Notes under the pieces: model-generated
What the model was told of the DNA's origin: nothing
Seen by the model: only the letters and a program-made list of their open reading frames with translations
Databases searched by the model: none
Made by a program: the position numbers and the translations under genes
Origin: an uncultured Chloroflexia bacterium
GTDB lineage: Bacteria; Chloroflexota; Anaerolineae; Anaerolineales; Anaerolineaceae
Length of the DNA stretch: 64,000 bases
Assembly (NCBI GenBank): GCA_963827605.1
Contig: CAWHBK010000002.1
Location: 608,151-672,150 of the forward strand
Direction: 5' to 3'
Shown here: positions 48,734-59,378 of the stretch, one piece after another
Position numbering within the stretch: position 1 is the first letter of the stretch
How the letters are laid out: each line of letters opens with the position of its first letter

Positions 48734-51238
48734 TCACCAGGCCGGGTCGCGGCTGCCGGTTTGATCCTGCCAGTAGGGCACCCAGGCCAGCGTCAGCAGC
48801 TGCACGGTAATGTCGGCTTTCTTGGGGCGGATGCTAACTGTTTCCAACGCTTCGCTGGCCGGGTCAATTCGGGCGGCCAGATCGGCCGATTTCGGCCTCG
48901 AATTCGGCGGTTAAGTCGGCCAGCTGCTTCTGGATCGCCTCGACCGTATCTTCCGCCCGGCCAACATCCGAACTCTGGCTCACCGAGCGGCCGATGCCGC
49001 GCGCCGCGGAAGTCGCGCTGCCGCGCGCGGAGCTCTTGCGCCCGGTGAAAGCGCCCAGCAAGGTGGCGCCAATGGAAATGGCGGTTTGGAAGCCGGCCTG
49101 CGCGGGCCTGCTCCTTCTCCCGCGCCACGGCCTGTTCCGCTTTGCGCTGGCGCTCCTTTAGCGTGGCGATCTTGGGCGCGTATTTCTTGCGCAGCGCTTC
49201 GACCAGGTCGTCGCGCTGCTCGCGCGCGCCCTGGCTCAGGCGGATGCGGAAATCGCGCTCTGCTTCACCGGCTTTGGAATACTCCTTATGGCTGGGGCTG
49301 TAAAGCAGCTCCAGCGCCTGCGATCCGTACAGCCAGGTGGTAGAATTCGCGCGTCCAGGCGGTGTAGTTTTTCGCCTGGCTGGCTGCAGCTGGGCAGCGC
49401 CGCAAAACGGGCCGCACCCGCGCTGACATCCCCCGGGCGCTTCTCCAGGTCCGATGATGGCAATTTCAAGCGGCTCGGCGCTTTCCCATTCCACCGGGAT
49501 GGCCGCATCCGTGACCTTCGCCAGGTACTGGTGCTCCTGCGCCATGTTGACGCGCGACTTCGTATCGGCAAAGGCCACCCGCGCGACGCCCAGAATGCGC
49601 GGCTGGTATACCAGAGTCGCAGCCGGCCGGGGCGCGCCCGCGAATGGGCAGGTAATACTGCGGGATTTCAGGCGGCAGGGCCGGGGCCTGCGCGGCCGCC
49701 GATGCGAACTCGGCGGAACGGGCGGCCGCGGGCAGTTGCCGCTGCAGACGCAGCGTGCTGCAGCGGCGGGCGCAGAACAGCCGCTGTCAGAGACGCGGCG
49801 CGGCAGGCGCGCTGGCGGCTTTCATCGGCGCCATCAGCGTGCGGATCTGCTCGCGGGTCAGCGGGCCGCGCAGGTACGACAGCGCCCAGCGGGTGGTCAT
49901 CACCACCGGCTCATCTTCGTGGGTGTTGTTCAGCAAGAATACGCGGCTGCCCAGCCCGGACAGGAGCTGGTCCATAGTCCTGGCGGTCAAAGCCTGACCC
50001 GGCGGCAGCCGCGGCGCCTTCCAGCCCATCCAGCACGCGGGCCTTGTCGCGCTCGGTCTGCAGGCGGCCAATGAACCAGGTGCCGGCGTTGGAGAGGGCC
50101 TTGTAATCCAGGTCGACCGGGTTCTGCGTGGCCAGCACCAGCCCCAGCCCAAAGGCGCGCGCCTGCTTGAGCAGGGTCAGCATGGGCATCTTGGAGGGCG
50201 GGTTGCTCAGCGGCGGCAGATAACCGAAGATCTCATCCATGTAGAGCAGGGCGCGCAGGCTGGTGGTGCCGGACTGCGTGCGCATCCAGCCCAGCACCTG
50301 GTTGAGCAGCAGCGAGACGAAGAACATGCGCTGCGCAGTCGCTCAGGTGGGCGATGGAGAAGATCGCCACGCGCGGTTTGCCCTGCGGCGTGTACAGGAT
50401 TGAGCCGATATCCAGCGGCTCGCCTTCCAGCCAGGCGTTGAAACCGGGCGAGGCCAGCAGGTTGTTGAGCGCCATCACCAGCGCGAAGCGGTCTTTGGAC
50501 GGGTAGAACGATTCCAGGTCGAGCACGCCGATCTTGCTGACCGGCGGGTTCTGCACCTGAGTGATCAACTGGGCCAGGTCGAGGTCGCGGCCCTGGCGCC
50601 AGACGTAGTCGATGATGGTGGAGAGCAGGATAAACTCGCGGCTTTGCACCGGGTCGGCCTCGATGCCGACCAGCCCCAGCAGGCTGGTGACGGTGGTGGC
50701 AGATGCGCTCGCGCATCATCTCGGCATCTTCCATCACCTCGGGCGGCGGAGCGGCAAAGGATTTGAGGATCGAGACGGGGATGCCGGCGCTGGAGGCCGG
50801 GGTGTAGATGCGGAAATCGGCTGCATCGCGCAGGCGGTGGATGCGCTCGCCGTCCTCGCCCCAGGACTGCCAGCCCATCCTTCCACAGTCTGCGCCTGTT
50901 TGGCGGCATAATCCTGCGGCGAGAGACCCTTCTGGCGCGCGTCATCCTGGTTGATCCAGGGCAAAAAATCCTGCGGCGCACAGGGCTGGGAAGGTCAGCA
51001 GCAGGTTGCACAGGTCGCCCTTGGGATCGATGAGGATGGAGGGCACGCCATCGATGGCGGCTTCTTCGATCAGGCCGATGCACAGGCCGGTTTTGCCCGA
51101 CCCGGTCATGCCCAACACCACGGCATGCGTGACCAGGTCCTTCGAATCATATAACAGCAGGTCATCGGTGGCTTTTTTGGTCTCCAGGTCGTATTCTTTT
51201 CCCAGGTAGAATGCGCCTAATTTCTCGTAATCCTGCAT
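48734..51238 (-). pseudogene. HerA/FtsK-like P-loop NTPase (about 830 aa), broken by at least ten frameshifts as assembled
   Basis: Start [17 protein letters not shown] (51238). Walker A is GMTGSGKTG, Walker B-like is [13 protein letters not shown], and [12 protein letters not shown] is also present. Pieces from ORFs 50942.., 50734.., 50207.., 50233.., 49911.., 49787.., 48793.., 48864.. and unlisted frames join. The final piece ends ...WQDQTGSRDPAW, with TGA at 48734-48736. Confidence 0.6.
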
Positions 51239-51428
51239 CGTAATCACTCCTCTCTTGGTGGGTACAGATAGGTATAGTGTAGCTTTTCCGGAAAAAAAAT
51301 GCAAACCGATGCGGATGGAGTGCAATGCGCTTGCCCTGTGGCTATCCAAAATCTTCAAACCCGGCGAAGCCGGGCTGCGAATGAACTAGAGAACCATAGA
51401 ACAGTTTCTGTCCCGGAGGTATCTCTGT

Positions 51429-52320
51429 TTATACCGGTTCGACGGCTGAACGTGCCCGCCCAGGCAGGGACAGCGCCACCAGGCCGCTGAAGATCAACAA
51501 GATGCCCAAACCGGCTTGCAGGGATAGTTTTTCGCCCAGCAGCAGCACGCCCAGGGTGCCGGCGGTGAGCGGCTCAGCCAGCGAGAGGGTGACCGCCGCG
51601 GCCAGGGGTACCAGCCGCAGCCCTTTGCCAAACAAAAGGTAGGCCAGCGTGGTGGCGAACAGCCCCAGGTGCAGAATAGCGGCGATGCCGCGCGGGTCGG
51701 CCAGCCAGCGCAGATCCTGGGTCAATAGAAGCGGAGATAGCAGCACCGCCCCCAGCCCAAAGACCGCCGCCATCACCAGTTCCACCGGCTGGCGTTCGAG
51801 CAAACCCTTGCTCAGCAGAGAAAAAATCGCGTAGGCCGCGCCCGCTCCAACCGCCAGGAGCAGCCCCAGCAGATCGACGTGAACGTCTTTGCCGGCGGTG
51901 GCGAGCAGCGCGCAGCCAACCACGGCCAGCAGCGTAGCAAGGCCCCAACGCCAGCCGGGGCGTTCACCCGCGGAAAACGTAGCCCAGCAGTCCCGCCAGC
52001 ACCGGCGAGCTGCCGATCCCCACCATCGTGCCAATGGCTACCCCGGTCAGCCGGACACCGGCAAAGAAAAGCACCTGGTAGGCCGCCATGCAGGCGGCTG
52101 CCAGCAGAGTCGGCCCGAGCGGCAGGCGGAAGCCAGACAGCGGGCGGGAACGCCCGGGGCCAAATACAAACACCAATAACAGCGCCGCCCCGCCGATCAC
52201 CAGGCGCAGCGCGCCCACCGCCAGCGGCTGCGCGCCGTCCGGCGCCAGCGCCTGGGCCGTGCCCGTGGTACCCCACAGCACCGCCGCTGCCAGAACAAAG
52301 AGGAAGCCGCGTTCTTTCAT
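51429..52320 (-). pseudogene. EamA/DMT-family transporter, one frameshift as assembled
   Basis: ORF 51964..52320 (first EamA half) and ORF 51429..52034 (second half) are in different frames. The junction lies near 51965-51990. Confidence 0.7.
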
Positions 52321-52378
52321 AAATAATTAGGATCGGGGATCACCACAGCGTGGCAATCCCCGATCCTAACCAGCTACC

Positions 52379-53089
52379 TTACCCGCCTAAATAGGCCCGT
52401 TTGACGTCCGGGTTTTGAGCGACCTCAGACGCGGTGCCGGAAAGGACGATGCGCCCGGTTTCCAACACATAGGCCCGCGCCGCAGTACGCAGCGCCATCA
52501 GCGCGTTTTGCTCCACCAGCAGGATCGTGGTGCCGTCTTTGTTCAGCCGGACGATCACATCGAAGATGGTATCCACCAGCACCGGGGCCAGGCCCATGGA
52601 CGGCTCGTCCATCAGCAGAATTTTGGGTTTTAACATCAACCCCCGCCCGGTAGCCAGCATCTGCTGCTCTCCGCCGGAGAGGGTACCGCCCTTTTGCTCG
52701 ACGCGCTCTTTCAAGCGTGGAAACAACGAGAATACTTCTTCCATATTTTGGCGGACTGCCTGGGGATTATTGATGGTGAACGCGCCCATCTCCAGGTTCT
52801 CGCGGACGGTCAGGCGCGGGAAGATACCGCGGCCTTCCGGAACATGACCAACGCCCGCCGACACGATTTCGTGCGCCGGCAGCCGGGTGATATTCTTATC
52901 ATGCAGGCGCACAGCCCCTTCGCGGGCGTGGATGAGCCCGGAGATGGTGCGCAGCGTGGTGCTTTTGCCGGCGCCGTTTGCTCCGATTAAGGTGACAATT
53001 TCACCTTCATCGACATAAAGGGAAATGCCTTTGAGGGCGTGAATGTGCCCATAGTATGAATGAATGTTTTCCAGTTCCAGCAGCGCCAT
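52379..53089 (-). CDS. livF: Branched-chain amino acid ABC transporter ATP-binding protein (LivF type)
   Basis: 236-aa ORF with GANGAGKST, LSGGEQQ and LLMDEPS motifs. Confidence 0.9.
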   Translation of the reverse strand: MALLELENIHSYYGHIHALKGISLYVDEGEIVTLIGANGAGKSTTLRTISGLIHAREGAVRLHDKNITRLPAHEIVSAGVGHVPEGRGIFPRLTVRENLEMGAFTINNPQAVRQNMEEVFSLFPRLKERVEQKGGTLSGGEQQMLATGRGLMLKPKILLMDEPSMGLAPVLVDTIFDVIVRLNKDGTTILLVEQNALMALRTAARAYVLETGRIVLSGTASEVAQNPDVKRAYLGG

Positions 53090-53098
53090 GCAGTCCTC

Positions 53099-53883
53099 CT
53101 ATAACGTAAGCTGCGCGGTGGCGCCGCGCCCCAGGTACGCTTCGATTACCCGGCTGTCTGCGCGAATCTCGGCCGGGGTTCCTTCCGCTATCTTTGCGCC
53201 CATAATCCATCACGGATATGCGCTCCGAGATTTCCATCACCACATGCATGTCATGTTCGATCAGCAGAATAGTGATCCCCAACTCGTCGCGGATGCGGCG
53301 GAACAATGCGATTGCATCGGTGGTCTCGGCCGGGTTCATCCCCGCGGTTGGCTCGTCCAGCAGCAGCAGCAGCGGCTGCGAAGCCACCGCCCGGGCAATC
53401 TCGATCCGCCGCTGCCCGCCGTACGGCAGGCTGGAGGCAAGCTCGTCGCCTGCGCCACGCAGGCCAACGAATTCCAGCCACTTTACCGCCTGGTGGTACG
53501 CATCGCTTTCCTCTTTTTTAAAGCCCGGGCTGCGTAGCAAGGCTCCGGTGGGGGTTTGTTTCAGGCGGTGATGCATGCCAATGAGGATATTTTCAATCAC
53601 GGTCATGCTGCCAAACAAGCGAATGTTCTGGAAGGTGCGGGTTATCCCCAGCGAGGCAATCTGGTCGGGGCGATGCCCTACCAGGCTGCTGCCGTTGAAA
53701 AGGATATGGCCTTCCTCGGGCCGGTAAATGCCGGTGAGGGTGTTGAAGAAGGTGGTTTTCCCTGCGCCGTTTGGGCCAATGATACTGACCATCTGGCCCG
53801 GAGTCGATGACCAGGTTCATTTTATCGACGGCGGTCAGGCCGCCGAAACGCTTGGTGACGGCTTGGGCTTCAAGCAGCGCCAT
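53099..53883 (-). pseudogene. livG: Branched-chain amino acid ABC transporter ATP-binding protein (LivG type), two frameshifts as assembled
   Basis: MALLEAQAVTKRFGGLTAV (53883) continues in ORF 53007..53792 (GPNGAGKTT, LPYGGQRR, LLLDEPTAG). The C-terminal tail KIAEGTPAEIRADSRVIEAYLG is in a third frame, ending with TAG at 53099-53101. Shifts lie near 53800 and 53205. Confidence 0.85.
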
Positions 53884-55295
53884 GGCCCACCTCCTCTGAA
53901 CTGGCGGCGGACGAAGCGGCTGCGTTTGCGCCAGCCTCTTCTTTTTTCAACTGCAGCTCTCGTTTCTGGCGCTTGGCCGGAATCAAGCCTTCCTGGCGGT
54001 AAATCATCATCACGATCAGGATCAGGCCAAACAGCAAGCGCTGGTACTTGGCCGGATCGAGCTGCGACGACATGCTGCTGAGCGGGAAGTTGATCAGCGG
54101 AATGATGATATCACTCTGGCGCATACTGCTCAGCCATAAGGATAAGCCCTGCAGCACTTGCAGGTTGAGCACGGTCACCACGACCGCGCCCAGGATCACG
54201 CCCGGGATGCTGCCCAGGCCACCCAAAATGACCATGGAGAGCACGCCGATGGACTGCATAAAGCTAAATGACTCCGGGCTGACGAAGGTGCGGCTGGCTG
54301 CGAATAAAACCCCCATGATCCCGGCAAAAGATGCGCCCACCGCAAACGCCGCCAGCTTATAGCCGACCACGTTGATGCCCATTGCGGAGGCGGCCAGTTC
54401 ATCCTCGCGAATAGCCGTCCAGGCCCGCCCCATGCGCAGAGTCATCCAGCCGCACAACGGTGAGGATGACCATAATAATTACCAGCAGCGCCAGGAGGTA
54501 GAAGACCAGGTTGTAAAACTCGCCTTCCGCGATTGGCCGGCCGACCAGCGGTCCAAAGACCGCGTTCCAGCCATTCAGCACAAAGGCTGGGATGGTTGGC
54601 CGCTGGATCGGGCTGATACCCTGCGGGCCATTGGTCAGGTTGAGCGGTTTATCCAGGTTATTGGCCAGCACGCGGATCAACTCGCCAAAGCCAAGGGTGA
54701 CGATAGCCAGGTAATCGCCGCGCACGCGCAGCACCGGCAGACCCAGCAGAATGCCAACCACCGCCGCCACGGCCATCCCCAAAAACAGGAACAGGAAGAA
54801 AAAGTTCGGGTTTAAGAAGTAGGGCGTGCCAGGGGGCACAGTACCGGGAATGGAGTGCAGCAGGAAAGGCTGCTGCGAGCCAAAAAAGGCCCACAAGTAC
54901 GCGCCCACCGCATAGAAAGCGACATAGCCCATGTTGAGCAGCCCGGCAAAACCGACCACGATATTCAGTCCTAAGGCCAGCGCGGCAAACAAGCTGATCT
55001 GGAAGATCACTTCCAGATAGAAGATGTTGCGCATGCCAACGATGGGGATCAATACCAGAGCGATGATTAGCCCCAGGCCAATGCGCACCCCGCGCTTCAA
55101 GGGCATCACGTACACCAGGGAGATGGAAGTCAGGAACAACAGAAAGGCCGGCACAGAAAGTGGGTTGAGGTACACCAGCAGTGTGGTGATCAGCAGCACC
55201 ACGCCTGTCACAATCATTGGCATCTGCCCGGTCTGTCCCCGCTGCCATATGGGTCCCGTGAAGGAGGAGAAGCGGTTCTTTAGATCAATAAGCAT
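53870..55295 (-). pseudogene. livM: Branched-chain amino acid ABC transporter permease (LivM type), one frameshift as assembled
   Basis: ORFs 54399..55295 and 53870..54457 are consecutive halves of one permease in different frames. The junction lies near 54430. Confidence 0.85.
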
Positions 55296-55338
55296 TTCTC
55301 ACCTCGCCGTAAGGGCGTTGAATATGTTCACAATCCTT

Positions 55339-56514
55339 CTACGCTTTCTGGGCAACTTGCTCACCCAGCAGGCCAGTGGGGCGGAAGATCAACACCAAAA
55401 TCAGGATGGCAAAGGCCAGGATATCCTTGTATTCCGCACCGGCTGCCCCTAAGGTGAATACAGAAAGGTACGACCCGGCAAAGGTTTCCAGCATCCCCAG
55501 CACGATACCACCCAGCAGCGCGCCGGTAATATTCCCAATCCCGCCCATTACGGCAGCGGTAAAGGCTTTCAGGCCGGGGAAGAAACCTACAAACGGGTCG
55601 ATGCGGGTGAATTTTAGCGCGTAAAGCACACCCGCCGCACCGCCCAGGGCGCCGCCAACCAGGAAGGTCAGCGAGATGATACGGTTGACATTGATGCCCA
55701 TCAAGTTGGCGGAGGTCTGGCTCTGTGACACCGCCCGGATGGCCTTACCAATTTTGGTAACACTGACCAGGTAGTTCAATCCCACCAGCATGAGCATCGC
55801 GGCTACCATCACCCACAGCGACTTCACCTCGACATCAACTTTAATCGGAGCCCCGGCGACGGAAAAGGCAGCCAGCGAAAGGCGCTGGTCAAAGTTGCCA
55901 AAGGTGGGAATGATGCGGTGGAACTGGCCGGTCGTCAGGCTCTCCACCAGGCGGATGAGATCTTGCAGGAAGAAAGAAACTCCGATAGCGGAAATCAACG
56001 GCACCAGGCGCGGAGCATTGCGCAAGGGCCGGTAGGCAAACCGTTCGACGACCACCGCCGTCGCGCCAGCGGCAGCCATCCCGGCGACAATGGCTACGAT
56101 CAGCCAGCCGTAAGCGGCCAGCACAGAAGCGCCAGCCAGTACACCCGAGCTCGACAGAGCAATCAAAAATTCAACGCCCACAAAAGCGCCAATCGCGAAA
56201 ATTTCACTGTGAGCAAAATTAATAAATTCCAACACGCCGTAGACCATGGTGTAGCCGAGCGCAATCGCGGCGTACACAAACCCCAGGACGACCCCATCGA
56301 TAAGTACCTGCGGCAGGTTGGTCAGCGTGTAGTGCATGATATCCATATTGTTCTTTTCCTGCACGGCCAGGTCAATAGCGGAGCCGCGCGCCAACAGCGC
56401 AAACAGGATGAGCAACACCGAAAGGATTGCGCCAGTACTGATGATGAAGACAAAAATCTGTCCTACTGGCTGGATAACACCTTTGTAAATGGGTGAGGTG
56501 GTAAAACGTTGCAT
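55339..56514 (-). CDS. livH: Branched-chain amino acid ABC transporter permease (LivH type)
   Basis: ORF 55339..56559. The start is uncertain (Met16 at 56514 chosen). It is a typical LivH-type multi-TM sequence. Confidence 0.8.
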   Translation of the reverse strand: MQRFTTSPIYKGVIQPVGQIFVFIISTGAILSVLLILFALLARGSAIDLAVQEKNNMDIMHYTLTNLPQVLIDGVVLGFVYAAIALGYTMVYGVLEFINFAHSEIFAIGAFVGVEFLIALSSSGVLAGASVLAAYGWLIVAIVAGMAAAGATAVVVERFAYRPLRNAPRLVPLISAIGVSFFLQDLIRLVESLTTGQFHRIIPTFGNFDQRLSLAAFSVAGAPIKVDVEVKSLWVMVAAMLMLVGLNYLVSVTKIGKAIRAVSQSQTSANLMGINVNRIISLTFLVGGALGGAAGVLYALKFTRIDPFVGFFPGLKAFTAAVMGGIGNITGALLGGIVLGMLETFAGSYLSVFTLGAAGAEYKDILAFAILILVLIFRPTGLLGEQVAQKA

Positions 56515-56670
56515 ATGGGGGTGACCTTCAATTCCGCAGAAGTCCTTAGAAGGGATCAACCTTCAGCAAAAAAACGGGTTGGTTTGGGGCGGGCCGCGCT
56601 GGTTCAATTGGCAGTGCGGCCCGCCCCTTTCAAACGACAAACCGGTCTTTACGGTTTATTCTGGCGGTAT

Positions 56671-57873
56671 TTATTCTGGCGGTTTCTGGACGATGGTTTC
56701 GGCAACTGTATTCGAAGACCATTTGTCCGGATCATTGGAGACAACCTGGATTACGAAGTACTGCGCCTCGGTCAGGTCGCCCTTGCTGTTGAAATTGATC
56801 GTACCGGTGATGCCCGCGTAATCCTTCAGAGCGCGGATCGCATCGGCTACCTGCGCGCGGGTGGGAACCTTGTTGCCGTTTGCCTTGGCGGCATTCTCAA
56901 TCGCCTTCAAGCAGATACCCATCGAATCATAACCCTGAGCAGCAAATGGCTTGGGGTCAGAGTTGTACTTGGCCTTGAAATCGGTCTGGAACTTGGCCGT
57001 ACCGGGGTACAGCGTGGCCGGGCCGGACACGGTCGAGTAGAACGTACCGCCGCCATCCAGCAGCGCCTGTCCGGCGATCTTTACACCTTCCGGAGAGTCG
57101 AAGCCGTCATCGCTCAGGAACATGCCCATATAGCCCTTCTGGCGAGCCTGCTTGATGAAAACGGCAATCTGATCGAACATGCCGCCGAAGTAGATCATTT
57201 CGGGGTTGGCACTGATCACCGGGTTCAGGATCGAGTCAAAGTTAGCCTTCTCCTCGGTGCCCTCAAAGCCCAACACCTTAATGCCCTGCTTTTCAGCTTC
57301 CCGCTTGAAGAACTCAGCGATGCCCTGGCCGTAGGTGGTTTTGTCGTGCAGCACGTACGCGCTCTTCATGCCTTTCTTCACAGCGAACTGCGCGCCAACC
57401 GCGCCCTGGTTATCATCGCGACCCACGATGCGGTTCACTTCTTTATATCCGCGATCGGTTACTTTCGGGTTTGTATTGGCCGGTGAAACGTTGGCCAAAC
57501 CAGAAGTATGATAGGTCTCCGAAGAAGGGATCTGTACGCCGGAGTTATAATGGCCGACGATGCACAGGATGGCCGGGTCGGCCACGATGGCCTTGGAATT
57601 CGCCACACCCTTATCCGGGTTGGCTTCGTCATCGTATGCAGCCAGTTCCACCTTGAAACCCATGGCTTTCAAGGGGTCGCTCAGCTGGGCCATACCCAGT
57701 TCAGCGCCGTTTTTAATGTCACTGCCGATGGACGACTGTCCACCCGAGAGCGGGCTCTGCGTGGCGATTTTAATCGTCCCGCCGCCGGCGGCTGGGCCAG
57801 CCGAGGCGCAGGCTGCCAGCAGCATGCTGGCAATTATAACTACGGACAACAGTCCTAAGAAATGTTTTCTCAT
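56671..57873 (-). CDS. ABC transporter substrate-binding lipoprotein (Leu/Ile/Val-binding protein family)
   Basis: 400-aa ORF with a signal peptide and lipobox LLAACASAG, and a type-1 periplasmic binding fold sequence. It is the first gene of the liv-type operon. Confidence 0.85.
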   Translation of the reverse strand: MRKHFLGLLSVVIIASMLLAACASAGPAAGGGTIKIATQSPLSGGQSSIGSDIKNGAELGMAQLSDPLKAMGFKVELAAYDDEANPDKGVANSKAIVADPAILCIVGHYNSGVQIPSSETYHTSGLANVSPANTNPKVTDRGYKEVNRIVGRDDNQGAVGAQFAVKKGMKSAYVLHDKTTYGQGIAEFFKREAEKQGIKVLGFEGTEEKANFDSILNPVISANPEMIYFGGMFDQIAVFIKQARQKGYMGMFLSDDGFDSPEGVKIAGQALLDGGGTFYSTVSGPATLYPGTAKFQTDFKAKYNSDPKPFAAQGYDSMGICLKAIENAAKANGNKVPTRAQVADAIRALKDYAGITGTINFNSKGDLTEAQYFVIQVVSNDPDKWSSNTVAETIVQKPPE

Positions 57874-58502
57874 CGTGAAATCTCCTCCAGATTGGCGAAA
57901 GTTTACCTTCCTATCGTGCGAGACTCGAAAAAAATTTTCTTCTTAGGTTCAAGGCTACGATAGGGGTGTTCCGTTTGAGAACGGCAAAAAGAAGCATGAC
58001 CCAATTTATTCCCTGAAAGAAACCGCCTCCTTTCATTATGGATATTGAAACAGTCGTTACAGTTACCGATATCCGCCGGCCCTGCCATCGTGAAGATCCA
58101 GCAGGCTGCTTCCTGGCGCAGTAGATATAGCGCTACCAGCCGTACAGCCCTCACTTTGTCAGGTTTTTCTCAATTTCCCCATGGCGTCACCGCCTGGCGC
58201 CTGCAGAGGATTTATGAAAATGTAAAAATACGGACAGGTTCAAATTGGGTAAGGATAGAAAAGATGGTAGCATGACACAAAATGCTTGTCAAGTACTCGA
58301 TATGGTACTTGTCACCCATTCGGATGTGTGGTAATAGAACCCGGACAGGGAAAAACTGCCTAAAATTTGGAAAAATCTCTCTTTTGGTCTGCTAGTGTGC
58401 TTTCGTGCGCTTACATATTATATAATCAGATCGTCACAAACATTTAATGAAAACACATTACAGGTTGGTATTGAAAATCATTTTGCTTAAAAGGATATAT
58501 TG

Positions 58503-59345
58503 ATGAACCAGACATTAACTAAAAAAGTTGCCCTGGTCACCGGGGCCAGCCGGGGTGTTGGAAAAGGGATTGCCCTGGGCCTGGGCGAGGCAGGCATGAC
58601 GGTTTATATTACCGGGCGAACGGTGAAAGAAGGCCAGGCCGCGGTAGATTTGCCGGGAACCATCTACCAGACCGCGGAAGAGGTTAACCGCCTGGGCGGG
58701 AACTGCATCCCGCTGGTTTGCGATCATCGCGACGATGCGCAGGTGGCGGGCGTGTTCCAGCAGATTACCGCCGAACAGGGCCACCTGGATATCCTGGTAA
58801 ACAACGTCTGGGGCGGGTACGAACACTTTAACAACGGCACTGAGTTCTGGAAAGAAAGCGGATTTTGGACCGCCCCCCTTTCGCGCTGGGACACTATGTT
58901 CCAGGCGGGTGTGCGCGCGCATTATGCTGCCAGTATCCTGGCTGCGCCGATGATGATTGCCCATGGATCCGGGCTGATCGTCAATATATCGTTCTTCGCC
59001 GCGCAGCGCAATGACAAAGGGGTGGCATATTCAGCGGCCAAGGCAGCCGACGATCGCATGGCGATGGCAATGGCGCACGAGCTGCGCCCGCACAATGTGG
59101 CGGCTGTGTCGCTGTATCCCGGGCTGGTGCGTACCGAATCGATCATGAAAGACGCCAAATTCTTTGACCTGACCAATTCTGAATCGCCGCAGTTTCTTGG
59201 CCGGGCGGTGGCTGCCCTGGCTGCCGATCCGAATATAATGGAGAAGTCTGGCAGCGTGCTGGTTGCGGCGGCGCTGGGGCTGGAATACGGCTTCACCGAC
59301 ATCGATGGCAAACAGCCGCGTCCAATTACGGTGGAGGAATCGTAA
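58503..59345 (+). CDS. Short-chain dehydrogenase/reductase (SDR) family oxidoreductase
   Basis: The ORF starts at ATG 58503 (the track begins at TTG 58500). Contains TGASRGVGKG cofactor motif and a YSAAK catalytic motif. Confidence 0.85.
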   Translation: MNQTLTKKVALVTGASRGVGKGIALGLGEAGMTVYITGRTVKEGQAAVDLPGTIYQTAEEVNRLGGNCIPLVCDHRDDAQVAGVFQQITAEQGHLDILVNNVWGGYEHFNNGTEFWKESGFWTAPLSRWDTMFQAGVRAHYAASILAAPMMIAHGSGLIVNISFFAAQRNDKGVAYSAAKAADDRMAMAMAHELRPHNVAAVSLYPGLVRTESIMKDAKFFDLTNSESPQFLGRAVAALAADPNIMEKSGSVLVAAALGLEYGFTDIDGKQPRPITVEES

Positions 59346-59378
59346 TCCGGGTATTCACCTGCTCACAAGGAGAAAAGA

